From assembly GCF_001194135.2 (NCBI RefSeq), contig NC_068999.1:39236660-39300659 (forward strand): 64,000 bases of DNA, read 5' to 3'. The DNA is from Octopus bimaculoides (Eukaryota). The translations under genes were made by a program, and so were the position numbers. Positions within the stretch are counted from its first letter, which is position 1. Each line of letters begins with the position of its first letter. The notes under the pieces are model-generated. The model worked only from the letters and a program-made list of their open reading frames with translations. It did no database searches and had not been told where the DNA came from. Shown one piece after another: positions 13,483 to 25,986 of this stretch.

Positions 13483-14876
13483 TGTGCCCATGCATATATG
13501 CGAAAAAATCAAGTGAGCAGTGCATTGTACGAAATTATTTACGTCTTTGTTAGAGTCTTTGCTACACGTGCTTTGTTGTCCTTCGCAAAACACATACAAG
13601 TTATTTAAGAGTGACTTTCATATTCTTCGAAATTCACGTTGTGTCATGTATCAATATCAATATATATATATATATATATACACACACTTCTATATCCATG
13701 TAAATATCTGCATAAATATCAACATACATATTTATTATATACATTACCCCCTGTATATTCACATACTGGTGTAGCGGCTTTGTGTAACTAGAATCTTTAT
13801 GGTGTATTAATGGATAGAAACATAGGACGACTGATTTATATACTGTTACAAACCGACCAACCGTATGTCGGAAACTTATTTTTGATTGATGTCCAGGAGT
13901 ATAGTTTTTGATTACGGCAACGAATAAGACATCGTATCGCAGGTTACTCATTGTAGTTTACTATTGTTGTTGTTATTGGTAATATGTGAACGTTTAAAAA
14001 CGTTTATAAGCAAACTGAATTATGACTTCTCAGGCTTTTTATTTATTAGGTTAATGTAGGCTTCAAATATTTGTAGAAATTCACAACTACGAAGACGACA
14101 CATAGCTATTATTACGTTTATACGGCGGAGTAGCAGACATTATTGTCCATTCTAATTTGCAAGTAATGTCGCTTAACATTTTAAGTGCAGATATAAAAAG
14201 CTAATGATATCGTCTAAATTACATGTTCATTACTTGCGCTGCTTATAATGCGTTGGAATGATAGATGTACAATTAACATGACACACAGAGCAAAAATGCA
14301 AGTTGTCCTAACGATTATAGACTACAGTTTTCAGTTGGCAATTTTCCTCAAGTAAGAATTTAGTAGCTATCCTATTGTACGTGAGTGAATTGATTTTAGA
14401 ATTATGAGAATTACTAGGAATTGTTTTTATGTTTAGCTATTGTGCTAAGCTCAGTCACAGGGAAGAAAACTGTTCAATCGAAAGCATCGATGCATTTCGG
14501 TGCACACATCACTCACTATCCGCAATTTCACGCATGCTTTAAACAAACAAAGATCTGTGACTTAGTTGCGTAGACGGAGATGCTCGTCTAAATATATACG
14601 ATTGGAAATCTGCAGTCAGGTATCTTAAAATATTGGTTGCATCTTCTCCAAACTGGGGTGATGGAGAGATTCATTAGGAACTTAAGAAACTTGCCGTTCT
14701 TCTCTATGGATTAAACTACTTACATGCTACTCAGGAAATACTTAGAAGAGGTGACCCGAACAAAGCTACATCAATTTATAGAAAGGTCGGAAACCACGCA
14801 ATTGATGGATGTTCTCTGTTTTTGGGTTTGGCAGGTAACTTACAAGAAATGAATCAATTTTAAAGAAATTGTTGTA

Positions 14877-15625
14877 CTTGTTGACTTGCAACTTGGAAAT
14901 TGACATAAAGAAACACTGATATTCCGATAAAAGTCAGGGATAACCATAAAAATTTAGTAAACCTAATAAACTATTTGAGCGAAACTTAATGTCTAGAGGG
15001 TGAACATGAAACTCAGCATAGAGTTAAGTATTGCAATAACAGAAAATATATAAAAATCTGATAAAAAGTTGAATCCAAACAGCCACACCTGTATAATCAT
15101 GTTAATAATTATAGTTCGGCATGTATCATAAGTTAGAGCATTATCCATTGTAACGTATCTTAAAGTGAATACGCTAACAACTCATCATCAAATAAACCCA
15201 GTCGAGATATTTAATACATACCTCGCCTAGAAACATAGAGAGTAAGAAAGAGAAGAGCATAGAGAGTAAGAAAGAGAAGAGCGTAGAGACTAGGAATAGA
15301 AACATAGAAACAAGAAAACTAGTAACACGAATGCAACATAGTTTAACGCACCGTATGCAATACACACAGAGAAGTACACTAATACAGATATATATATATA
15401 TATTTATATATATAATGTATAAAACGAATGACTTACGTCTGGTAGCTTACGGTAAAGCGCGGTCACTTTCACAGTGATCTCTATGGTGAGATTTATGTTC
15501 ACCGTCTAGACATTACGTTTCGCTCAAATCGTTTATTAGTTTTACTAAACTTTTATGGTTTTCCGTGTATTTTATCGGAGTATCAGTGTTTCTTTATGTC
15601 AATTTACAAGTTGCGAGTCAACAAG
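14877..15625. mobile_element. Non-autonomous long-TIR (foldback/MITE-like) DNA element flanked by TA
   Basis: Left arm 14877-15023 and right arm 15479-15625 are inverted copies; the outermost 56 bp match at 53/56 (CTTGTTGACT(T/C)GCAACTTG(G/T)AAATTGACATAAAGAAACACTGATA...). TA lies immediately outside both ends (14875-76, 15626-27); no transposase ORF inside. Confidence 0.8.
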
Positions 15626-15812
15626 TATATGGCAAAGGCAAGGCGGAAGGTGCATAATGAGGGATTCAGGCTAGATGTGTCGAAAGAACTGTGAATAATA
15701 ATAAATTCTCGTATATTCCGCAAACTGGAACTTATGCCTATAAAATTTAATAAGGCTAACAACTTACTTGAGCGAAACTACATGTCTAGTGGGTGAACAT
15801 GCATCTATATTT

Positions 15813-16003
15813 TTTATTCTTTTATTCCCTTTAGACATTTGAAGGGTCTTGGTCGAACAAATCGACCCCAAGTCGTATTTCTTAAGCCTAGTACTTCTAT
15901 CCGTCTGTTTTGCCTTACTTCTCGGCTACCGGAACGTACATACACCAACACAGGTTGTCAAGCAATGAAGGACAGACAAACAGAGGCGGACAAACATCCA
16001 CAC
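15813..16003 (-). mobile_element. SINE family A, 3' portion
   Basis: TTTTATTCTTTTATTC tail, GTCGAACAAATCGACCCCAAG, AAGCCTAGTACTT, ACACCAACACAGGTTGTCAAGC; reverse match to 4141-4343. Confidence 0.8.
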
Positions 16004-16071
16004 AAAATCTAACACAAACTCTCCGACTAATCCTTCTAATGTAACCCGCACAGAATATCTGTGATTGATAG

Positions 16072-16168
16072 TATTGGTTTCAAATATTGCTTCAAGACCA
16101 GAAAATTCGGGGGAGAGTGTATGTTGATCAGGTCGACACCAGTGCTTAACTGGCACTTATTTTGTCTA
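16072..16168 (-). mobile_element. SINE family B, 3' fragment
   Basis: TATTGGTTTCAAATATTG...GACACCAGTGCTTAACTGGCACTTATTTT, reverse match to the tails at 8960-9024 and 34800-34890. Confidence 0.65.
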
Positions 16169-17131
16169 CACTTATTTTGATGACGTGGGCCTTAAAAATA
16201 GGACACTTTATTTTGATACGGTATCAGTCAGTTGTGTCACTAATGAAGTGATTGTGACTGGCCTAGGGACGGCTTCTCATGTTCAGCAGGGTTCTGGTAC
16301 TGGTGTTGAGTTCTCGATGAGTATGGTTTGGAGTTTTCCGTTCCGAAACCTAATTTGGTGATGGCGTAAAGTACTACAATATAAAAATGCATATGAAAGT
16401 AATGAAATATTTCAGTAACTTCTTACAGACGCTTCGTCTTGTAACTTTTTTCTATCTTATGTAACTAGCAGCCTGTCCTTCCAATTCCTGTACATACTTA
16501 TTTGCGTTCTGGTACCATCTAATTAGATATATCAAGCCAGGGGAAATAGATTCTTGTAAAGATCTCCAGTAGTTATGTAACTTACAATGACTCAGGCGTA
16601 TGAGTTAAGCAAATAGATATTGAGGCTAAATAGTAAAATGGGTAAAAAGAATAAAAAAAAAAGAATAAAATATCTACCCTAAATAACAATAATATTCACA
16701 AGTAAGAAGTAGAAAAATACTCATAAACAGCATGATCGTTATTGTACATATCAGTACGTTAAGTCTAATGAAATAATGTAGTTGATTTAAAGACACGTCT
16801 TTCCTAATGAGGATAATTAATGGATGCGATGGAGAGATCTAACGTCACACGCTACAGGTTTCATAGATACAGACGAGTAAATGAAACAGAGAGAATGAAA
16901 GTAGAAAAAATAGTGATACCTAAATGATGCTGATGATGATGCTAATGATGATGTGGATAATGATAATAATAAGAACAACAACAACAATAATAACAATAAT
17001 GATAATAATAATAATTATTATTATAATCGACATTGTTCAATAAGAGCCGAAATATATTCTCAAACAAACACAAACGAAATGCAAAATTAGGTAAAGTTCA
17101 TTGCGACGGCGACGACGAAAATGACAGTGCC

Positions 17132-17298
17132 GATGATGATGATGATGACGATGACGATGGTGATGATGATGATGATGTTGATAATGATGATGATGATGAT
17201 GATTATGATGATGATGATGATGATGATGACGGTGATGATGATGATGATGATGATGGTGATGGTGATGGTGATGATGGTGATGATGAAGATGATGATGG

Positions 17299-17329
<31 letters not shown>

Positions 17330-17379
17330 GAGGAGGAGGAGGATGATGATGAGGAGGATGATGATGATGTTGATGATGG
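17132..17379. repeat. Compound (GAT/GGT/GAG)n trinucleotide repeat
   Basis: Directly visible; source of the poly-D, poly-H, poly-I and poly-M ORFs in the track. Confidence 0.95.
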
Positions 17380-17656
17380 AAATTTCTCGGTTGGTCACTG
17401 ACGGAAACTTCACCCATGAATCACATATTTACAAATACATTAACACTTTCCATCGTGCCTCACATATGTTGAGCATGTGGAAACTGTTGCATAAAAAAAT
17501 TAGATTCAAATGTTTACGAAAAGCTTACTGAAGATTAAACAAAGGCAAGATTATACTAACACCAAATAACACAACGTATCCATCAGCTCCTGTGTGCATC
17601 AACCTGAACACGCAAGCCCCCTTCCACACATACATAGATATCATAGATATAGGGAA

Positions 17657-17800
17657 GGCACGGTATCTACTAGTGGTGAGGGCTTTTTGTACTCAAGATC
17701 GCTAGGTCGTGGGTTCGATTCTCGAACCGTGCGTCGTGTTGTGTTCTTCAGTAAAGCGCTTCATTTTGTGCTGCTTCTGTCCACTCAGTTACAAATTGGT
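17657..17800 (+). mobile_element. tRNA-headed SINE (family C), 5' portion
   Basis: A-box-like TAGTGGTGAGG, B-box GGTTCGATTCT (17712-17722), then GTGTTGTGTTCTTCAGTAAAGC...GTCCACTCAG as in 12328-12630. No complete cloverleaf, so not called a tRNA gene. Confidence 0.75.
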
Positions 17801-17824
17801 CACACTACGATGCATTCGCCTTCC

Positions 17825-17950
<126 letters not shown>

Positions 17951-18652
17951 CAGGGTGCGATATTGGTAAACCGACGCCATTTTCGTTTTTAATTTCGTGC
18001 ATACGCATGGGTTATTTTTCATTTTGTTCACTACACAGTATAATAGGGTTGGTTGGGCACCGTCTGTGAAAGACACTACACCATGACGAAATTCACTCTA
18101 CCCGAACATTGCAAACGACATGCTGTACACACTGGCATTCGCACCCGAGGCTCCAATACGAACATTTCAGGGTGTTCGGCAGTCAATCTGTGGACATGTA
18201 CTGAGAGTGATAAAATTCCAACATCCACTCAAAATCATGATGTTTGAAGAGATCACTAGTGAACGTGAATTTATGCCACCACTCATCTTCTCACATGGTC
18301 TCAGACTCAATACGGAGGCCCACATCAGGTGCCTGATGGAGGTAGTGCTTCCTTCAGTCAAGAGGGTTGATACTGGAAGGCCTCATGTCTAGCAACAGGA
18401 CTCTGCACGATGCCACACTAGCAGGAGGACCCAGTCATGATGTTAGACGATTTCTGCGGCCCTAAATCGTCACACTGATTATTACGTGTGAGGCGCAGTT
18501 GAGCGACAGACCATCAAAATTATTTGTAACATTCAAAGTTGAAGTGAAGGCAAGGATCAATGTAGCATTTACCAACTCAACCAAGAAGAACATCTAGAAG
18601 GGTTGCATGAGATTCAGAAGCCGTTTTGCTTTATTGAATAAATTTACTCTTT
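17951..18652 (+). mobile_element. Internally deleted Tc1/mariner element (maT/DD37D-like) with pseudogenised transposase
   Basis: Starts TA|CAGGGTG. N-terminus MTKFTLPEHCKRHAV (ATG at 18083) is joined directly to the catalytic region IMMFEEITSEREFMPPLIFSHGLRLNTEAHIRCLMEVVLP...RPHV*QQDSARCHTSRRTQS*...DYYV*GAVER. QQDSA and DYYVWG are Tc1/mariner D2/D3 motifs. Stops, frameshifts and no right TIR. Confidence 0.9.
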
Positions 18653-19677
18653 AGTATTTTAAGATAGATAGATAGATGAATAGATAGATATTTAGATAGA
18701 TAGATAGATAGATAGATAGATTTGTATATGTATATATATCTGTGTGTGTGTGTGTGTGTGTATGAATGTCTGTGTGTTTTGTATGCATCCTTATGCATGT
18801 GTTGATATGAGGAGAGTTATGTGCATCCATAGGGATTGAATAGCGAATGTAATTAGTATATTTTATTTTGAACAGCATTCATTTGTTTATGCTGCAACAA
18901 CAGATGACCTTTTCCTGACAGGAATGTCAGGGATTTATTCTGTCATGAGAACAGATAATTCTAATCGAAAAATGTCTTCTTGACATTGAAACCAATTCCA
19001 GGGGGTGAGAGTAAATGTTTGGTCAAATGGAAGTTATCAAAGACTGTTTGAAAGGAATGCATTCTGCAAACGACACACTTCTAGATTTCGCATTTTACCC
19101 CAGTGCAAAAGCATATATCAATATATATATATAAAATTAGAAATATAATATTTCTAAATCTCTCAGAGAGATTTAAGCAGTAGTGGAGCGATAAAGTTGT
19201 AGTGTATTGTCAACTTAATGTGACAATCCCAATAAGGGAACACGCTACTGCCGTTTATCCCTAGGAAGCNNNNNNNNNNNNNNNNNNNNNNNNNNNNNNN
19301 NNNNNNNNNNNNNNNNNNNNNNNNNNNNNNNNNNNNNNNNNNNNNNNNNNNNNNNNNNNNNNNNNNNNNNNNNNNNNNNNNNNNNNNNNNNNNNNNNNNN
19401 NNNNNNNNNNNNNNNNNNNNNNNNNNNNNNNNNNNNNNNNNNNNNNNNNNNNNNNNNNNNNNNNNNNNNNNNNNNNNNNNNNNNNNNNNNNNNNNNNNNN
19501 NNNNNNNNNNNNNNNNNNNNGTGAGAGAGAGAGAAACGGATAGGTCTACTTCATACTTTACTATGTGGGGTTCCAAAGGTCGATTTCTCATAAAGATTCT
19601 CCATTCATTCATACATTGGTAGTTTATGTCGTAAGAATTTTTCGAATATGAAAATGCTAGAAGCACAATGTGTGTTT

Positions 19678-19864
19678 TGAGTATTTATAGAAGAAATATC
19701 CTTAAGAAATTCAACAAAGAATTAAAGATTGGGTAAAGGTGTTAAAAGTTTTAAAAAGAATTTAATCCATGCATGGATTAAATTCTTTTAAAACTTTTAA
19801 CACCCCTTCTCCGCCTTTAATTGTTTGTTGAGTTTCTATAGGATATGTTTTCTATAAATACTCA
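19678..19864. repeat. 187-bp spacerless imperfect palindrome
   Basis: Centre between 19771 and 19772 (TCCATG|CATGGA). Inner 33-34 bp arms are complementary except for one extra A; outer arms (TGAGTATTTATAGAA.../...TTCTATAAATACTCA) are clearly complementary but diverged. Confidence 0.92.
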
Positions 19865-20549
19865 TAACATACCTTTTACTTATATATAATTATATATCAC
19901 TTCTAAAATTTCCAAGTATCTTCTGGTGTTTAGTAAAGTGAAAGTTTCGAACAACCTGTTGACATTTCTAGATTTCATTAAATTTCGTTCTTTCTTTCAC
20001 AACAAAAAGAATATAACAGAACGTGTTTTCCTCCTTATTTTTGCTAACTTAAGCTAGTAAACATGAATATGCAGTTTTTATAAAAATGTATATATATTCT
20101 ACAATCCAAGATCGTTAACAATACATCTTTAATGCAATACACACTCGTTGATGTATTATACTCTGATATATTATATTGATATTCTGGCAGCCCGATCATT
20201 CATCATTACATACTTGTCAATTGACTATCATCCTTATATATACATTTCCTAATATGTACGTATTTGTGTATGTATATGTGAGTGTGTGTGTGTGTGTGTG
20301 TCTGTCTGTGTGTATTTATGTGCATGTATTTATAAATGCGTGTATATATCTATATGTTTGTATGGACGGTCAGGGACGGTGGATTCGCACATATAAAGCT
20401 CTCTCCACTCCTTCTCTGCTTGGCACTGACACCTTTATCTGACATGCTAAACAAATTTGGATGCGGATGCAACTGTTACGCCAAAAAAGTCAACCATTTT
20501 AAGTATACGGATGGGTTAGAATGATAGTAGTGGGTTAGAATGATAGCCA

Positions 20550-20710
20550 TGTATTAAGAGGAATGTTTTGTGTTTGAATAATTCACCTCTCGAAACATGG
20601 GTACTTCATTCACCATCCTTAAACAATTCTAATTCAGGGATCTTTTGAATGGAATTGGCAATACAACCTGAAGAAAATTGTAACTGCGCAGGAAACCTAA
20701 AGGTATCACG
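20550..20710 (+). mobile_element. Probable interspersed repeat (SINE-like) fragment
   Basis: AATTCACCTCTCGAAACATGGGT...CATCCTTAAACAA...TTCAGGGATCTTTTGA...ACCTGAAGAAAATTGTAACTG resembles a recalled octopus repeat; no second copy in the window to confirm. Confidence 0.35.
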
Positions 20711-20943
20711 CGGATTTTCACGTATCACGGGTTTTTTTTTTAACGTAACTCATCCGATAGTCGAGCGGTCAATGGATTTGTACCCAGGGTCACTTTGATG
20801 GTATGCGCTGCTCGCTCACTTTATAATCCATTTTATTCAAAGCATAAAATCCGAAAGTTTGGTAATGTAGATGGTCAATTTATCCGTCAGTACATGGTTT
20901 GTAGTTATCGATACCGAAAGGATAAAAAGCAATAACAATAACT

Positions 20944-20980
<37 letters not shown>

Positions 20981-21894
20981 ATATATATATATATATATAN
21001 NNNNNNNNNNNNNNNNNNNNNNNNNNNNNNNNNNNNNNNNNNNNNNNNNNNNNNNNNNNNNNNNNNNNNNNNNNNNNNNNNNNNNNNNNNNNNNNNNNNN
21101 NNNNNNNNNNNNNNNNNNNNNNNNNNNNNNNNNNNNNNNNNNNNNNNNNNNNNNNNNNNNNNNNNNNNNNNNNNNNNNNNNNNNNNNNNNNNNNNNNNNN
21201 NNNNNNNNNNNNNNNNNNNNNNNNNNNNNNNNNNNNNNNNNNNNNNNNNNNNNNNNNNNNNNNNNNNNNNNNNNNNNNNNNNNNNNNNNNNNNNNNNNNN
21301 NNNNNNNNNNNNNNNNNNNNNNNNNNNNNNNNNNNNNNNNNNNNNNNNNNNNNNNNNNNNNNNNNNNNNNNNNNNNNNNNNNNNNNNNNNNNNNNNNNNN
21401 NNNNNNNNNNNNNNNNNNNNNNNNNNNNNNNNNNNNNNNNNNNNNNNNNNNNNNNNNNNNNNNNNNNNNNNNNNNNNNNNNNNNNNNNNNNNNNNNNNNN
21501 NNNNNNNNNNNNNNNNNNNNNNNNNNNNNNNNNNNNNNNNNNNNNNNNNNNNNNNNNNNNNNNNNNNNNNNNNNNNNNNTACATTTCTTATTGTCAAAGC
21601 TATACACATATATGTGTGTGTGTGTGCGCACGCGTGTGTACAGATATATACAAATATATATAGATCCGCAAACTGAAAATAATAAATACAAGCGGCATCA
21701 AGAACTATGAGTCTGGGCCCGTTTAAAACGTACGCTTTAGAATATTGTCAAATATTTCCTTGATTTTCGAAAGAAATACACAATTCTTATGAGAAAGAAA
21801 AAAATACCTGAAAACCCGGAAAAGCAATGACAAGCGTGTTATACATTTTATAATATTTATGTAGCTTCAGTTCTCCTAAAGAAAACGAAATACC

Positions 21895-22230
21895 ATTGCA
21901 CTAATTCTTGATATATGAGAAAATGGATACTGTTAGAAAGTAGCAAATGTGATTTATGACACCATATTCCCAATGAAACAAAATTTAAAGAAATAAACAG
22001 GTGAAATAAACGGAGGTCATATTTGATCAAAGTGTTATTTCGTCTTTGGTTGCATGGTGTGAGAATGTGATGGGCAGAACACGCTATAATAGGCCGGATA
22101 GAATTCGGAAAGAAAGAAGAAAATTACTGGTGAGGAACTTCGATATATCATCTGTCATTGTGGATATAAGGTGAAAGGATTCAGCTATGATTGATGAGTG
22201 ACCACTGGTGCACACGCTGGGATCAATAGA
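21895..22230 (+). mobile_element. Decayed LINE ORF2 C-terminal fragment (Rex1/L2-like)
   Basis: Translation NMDTVRK*Q..., then FDQSVISSLVAWCENVMGRTRYNRPDRIRKERRKLL, then AMIDE*PLVHTL parallels, in order, the post-RT consensus N.D.V.KKAQQRLY / FY.S.I.S.L...AW.G....NRL.RI.K...KII / I..D..HPLH.L. Confidence 0.5.
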
Positions 22231-22983
22231 TGGTTGCACGTAAGGCATGACTTTTTAAAATAGCCTTTCACTAATAGATACACACACATACACACGTGTA
22301 CACGCTTCTTTAGTGTTGTCTATTTATTCATTGACTTACAGTTTCAGCGTGTATTTGTGTGAATACATTTATGTGTATGTATGCATGCACAAATATACAT
22401 ACATACATGTATGCATATACATATCTATCCATCTATCTAAATGTTCGAATGCATATATTCAAACGTGTATATGTGTGTATGTGTGCATAAATGTGTATGC
22501 TGGTGTGTTGATGTGTGTTTGTGTGTGTGCATGTGTGTATGTATGTATGTGTGTGAGTATGTGTGTGTGTGTGAGTATGTGTGTGTGTGTGTGAGTATGT
22601 GTGTGTATATACAAAAAAATAGAACATACAGAAGTTCACTCATTATTGGTTGTTCTGACGTGTTGCATATGATAAATTAAATATTTTCGTTCGACTCGTA
22701 GAAATGCAGAAATAGGAGTCATGACTCACGGGAATTTAGTCAGTGACTAATACAGCATTGTTCCCCCTAACCTATCATCAACTACACGTTCTGAAACTCT
22801 AGGAGCAAAAATTAATCATTTGAGTGATTCTTATTGGTAATGTGGAAACCTTTAGGGGTCTGATGCCAAATGATAGATGCGTAGAAGCATGAAATACCAA
22901 GATATGGATCTCAGTATTTCCCATTTCTCTCTGTAAGATTCACTTTCACTCTACTATTAATTCTTATACAAGTCAGAACGATG

Positions 22984-23055
<72 letters not shown>

Positions 23056-25884
23056 TGTTTTTTTTATAAAGCATATTCCTCTACCTCCAGTATTCAAGTA
23101 CTGTTTTTTCCATCTTATTTCGCATTTATGTGCTTACGCTGGTATATATATATATATATATACATACCTACGTATATGTGTGTTTGTGTGCGTGCGCGTG
23201 TGTGAGTGTGTGAATATATACGTTTGTGTAAGAACTTTCATACAATAACCATTTGTATATGAATATACGCACATATGTATACCTGCCTGCTAGACCTAGC
23301 AGTCAATCGTTCCTACTCACAATATAAAAATACAGAAACGGCAGACAGCTGTTGATCTCGTAACGAACAAAGTCACTGGTTCTAAAATCTCGAAACAAGA
23401 TATAAATAGTAACTAGACGGTAATAATTTTTGCGACTATAACAGGGCTGTTCTATACAGAACTATGTTACTACATCTGAAACCCAAGAAAACGTCTCTTC
23501 CAGATGGTTAACGACACACAACCTGTGTCCGATATATTGTGAATATATATATATATATTTATTTGTTTTTCAGGATTAAATAAAAAGACAACAAACGGAA
23601 AATATACTTATATATGAATAATTTTAAAAACAAACGTATAGTAAATAAACAAAGGAACATATATTAAGCACATAGGTGAACACAAAACACAGAAGATCAC
23701 CTATTCTTCATCAGTTATCGGTTTGAGAGTCAAACGCAGATTCAACCATTATCGATGATATTGCTTCGACTCTACGTTTGAAACTCGACGGCGTTATACT
23801 TCATCATCTTGGAAGTGATATCATAAATGGCTTTAATGTACTAAGTTGCCTGCCTGCACAAACTCATCATACACTTAACCTTTCCCCGTAACATAGAAGA
23901 TTTGGGGTTTTAGAAAGAAGCCAGCGAATTTCATAGGAAGAGGTTGAGCGATACCAGCAATTTCAGTATTGCATGATATATTAATACGACCGCGAAATTT
24001 TAAAATCCAATTTGATTTCTGCTGAACATGAACTCATATTTTGAAGAACCGGCGCAACATATCATAAAGCATATTTTTTTTTTTTTTTTTTTGGTTTCGT
24101 TGCTCTTGCGATTCTGCCAATCCACAGCTATTTCTTCGCTAGAAACAATGATTAAATACTATTTTAAGGCATTGAAAATTACAGACTTGGTAGTCTTAGA
24201 ATCAACGTATGATATCACCTCGTATCACTTAAGCAACATATTCAACAATGTAATTATAAATTTCAGAATGATTAAAACATATTAGTTAATTAACTAATTC
24301 ATCATTAATTCGTTATTGTAATTAAGTTAATTTTAGAAGTTAATTAAGGAAAAATAAAGCTTTTTTTATAAATATATGTATTCGTTGTTCGGAACTTTGC
24401 CATTGTGTTAATGTAGTATGGAGGTCGGTACATCGTATGACACTCACTAATTTGAATAATGTTGTCCCCTTGGAGGTCATTAGTATGCGTTAATGGATAC
24501 CTAATCTATCAGGAAACATTTTACCCACTCAGATTTATATAAGTGTCATTGGGACATGAACAGTGCTTCTGCAAGAAAGTTCTCGATGGAAATGCGCATT
24601 CCGTTGGTTATCTGTGTAAAATGATAAACGAGCGTTGCAAAGCTATTCACATTAATTATACTTGTGCTAAACGTGTCGCAATATTTCAAAATCAAATGAA
24701 ACGTTTTAGATAAATAACTAAGATATCTTTAGTGGGTTTTAAATTATTAGAGGGTTTTAAAAGGCTGTGGAACATTAAATGGTGTGGTCAGTGTAGTCAA
24801 TTTTGGATATACAGTAAGAACATCCACTGTGAAGCAGTTGGATAAGAGGATGCTTGGTTAAAGCTAGCTTCAATGGCTAATGTGTTCACAGCCACTTTGA
24901 CATTTTATATGGTTCTCGGGATGATTGAGGGAAAGCATGTATAGAATAAGGCGTCATGTTTTTTTTTTAGCAAAACATTTTTAAAATTCCAATATTTGTA
25001 GCTATGTAGATTCTATGTAAGGTGGTAAAGGGCTTTCAAGTGTAGCATAAAATATAACGTCTTATGGTATATACTAGCAGTGGAATAGCACATTTTGTCT
25101 CCTTGTCAAATTGAATTAACTCTCTGCCATATTTCTTCGAATATTTGCGCAAGAAAATACATGCATAAATGCTACAATTTTCGTCATATGCCTTTGTCTG
25201 AGGAGTTGCTGTGGCACCCAAAACGCTTTATTAGATTTAAAGTTTCGGTAAATAAATGTCAACAAGTTATCAACGGAAGCGAATGAGATTGGTCAAAACA
25301 TATTGATTACTCCTAAGACAAGGAAACACTTACATGCATGTGTTAAATCAGGAGTCGCAAAAACACCACAAACCAAGAACGGAATGATTTGTTGGAGGAG
25401 GTGAGCGAAAAACTGGTATAATGAGAGAAAGATCCTATCATTTTACTTATGAACGCAGCTGAGATACACGTCTACAATATAAAGTCACTCGACATGGTTT
25501 CAAAGTGCAATCGAAACAGAAATCAAGTTAATAGACCTAAAATTTAAGCTTGAATTTATGACTGGAGAAAAGAAAGTATTGAAGTATTGAAGTATTAACA
25601 ACACAAATCAAGTTAAACTCGTGGGAAATATTGAAAGATACAATTATGATTCCTGATTGAGAGTGCTTTAAATCAATAAGGCTCTTTCGATACACATATA
25701 GCGGTTCAAGGGCTTTGCTTATTATTAGATCTCATTTGGGAATACTCAAAATATAACTTCTTCCTCTTCATGTAATTGAACGTTACTGTGTGAGTAATAC
25801 TTATATACAAAAGCATTGCACATGCATATATATATATATGTATGTATATGCTCACACATGTAGATGTATATATACGAATGTAAG

Positions 25885-25986
<102 letters not shown>

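Noticed and set aside
14977-15001. GCGAAAC-N5-GTC-TAG inside the long-TIR arms, resembling a hammerhead 3' half
   Set aside because: No CUGANGA box or matching stem I upstream in any of the three copies.
17033-17531. Asp-rich, His-rich, Ile-rich and Met-rich ORFs (aspein-like appearance)
   Set aside because: All are readings of one (GAT)n compound microsatellite; there is no signal peptide or non-repetitive domain, and the Asp frame starts at TTG.
17657-17800. tRNA gene
   Set aside because: A/B boxes are present but there is no complete cloverleaf or T-run terminator, and it continues into SINE body shared with 12328-12630.
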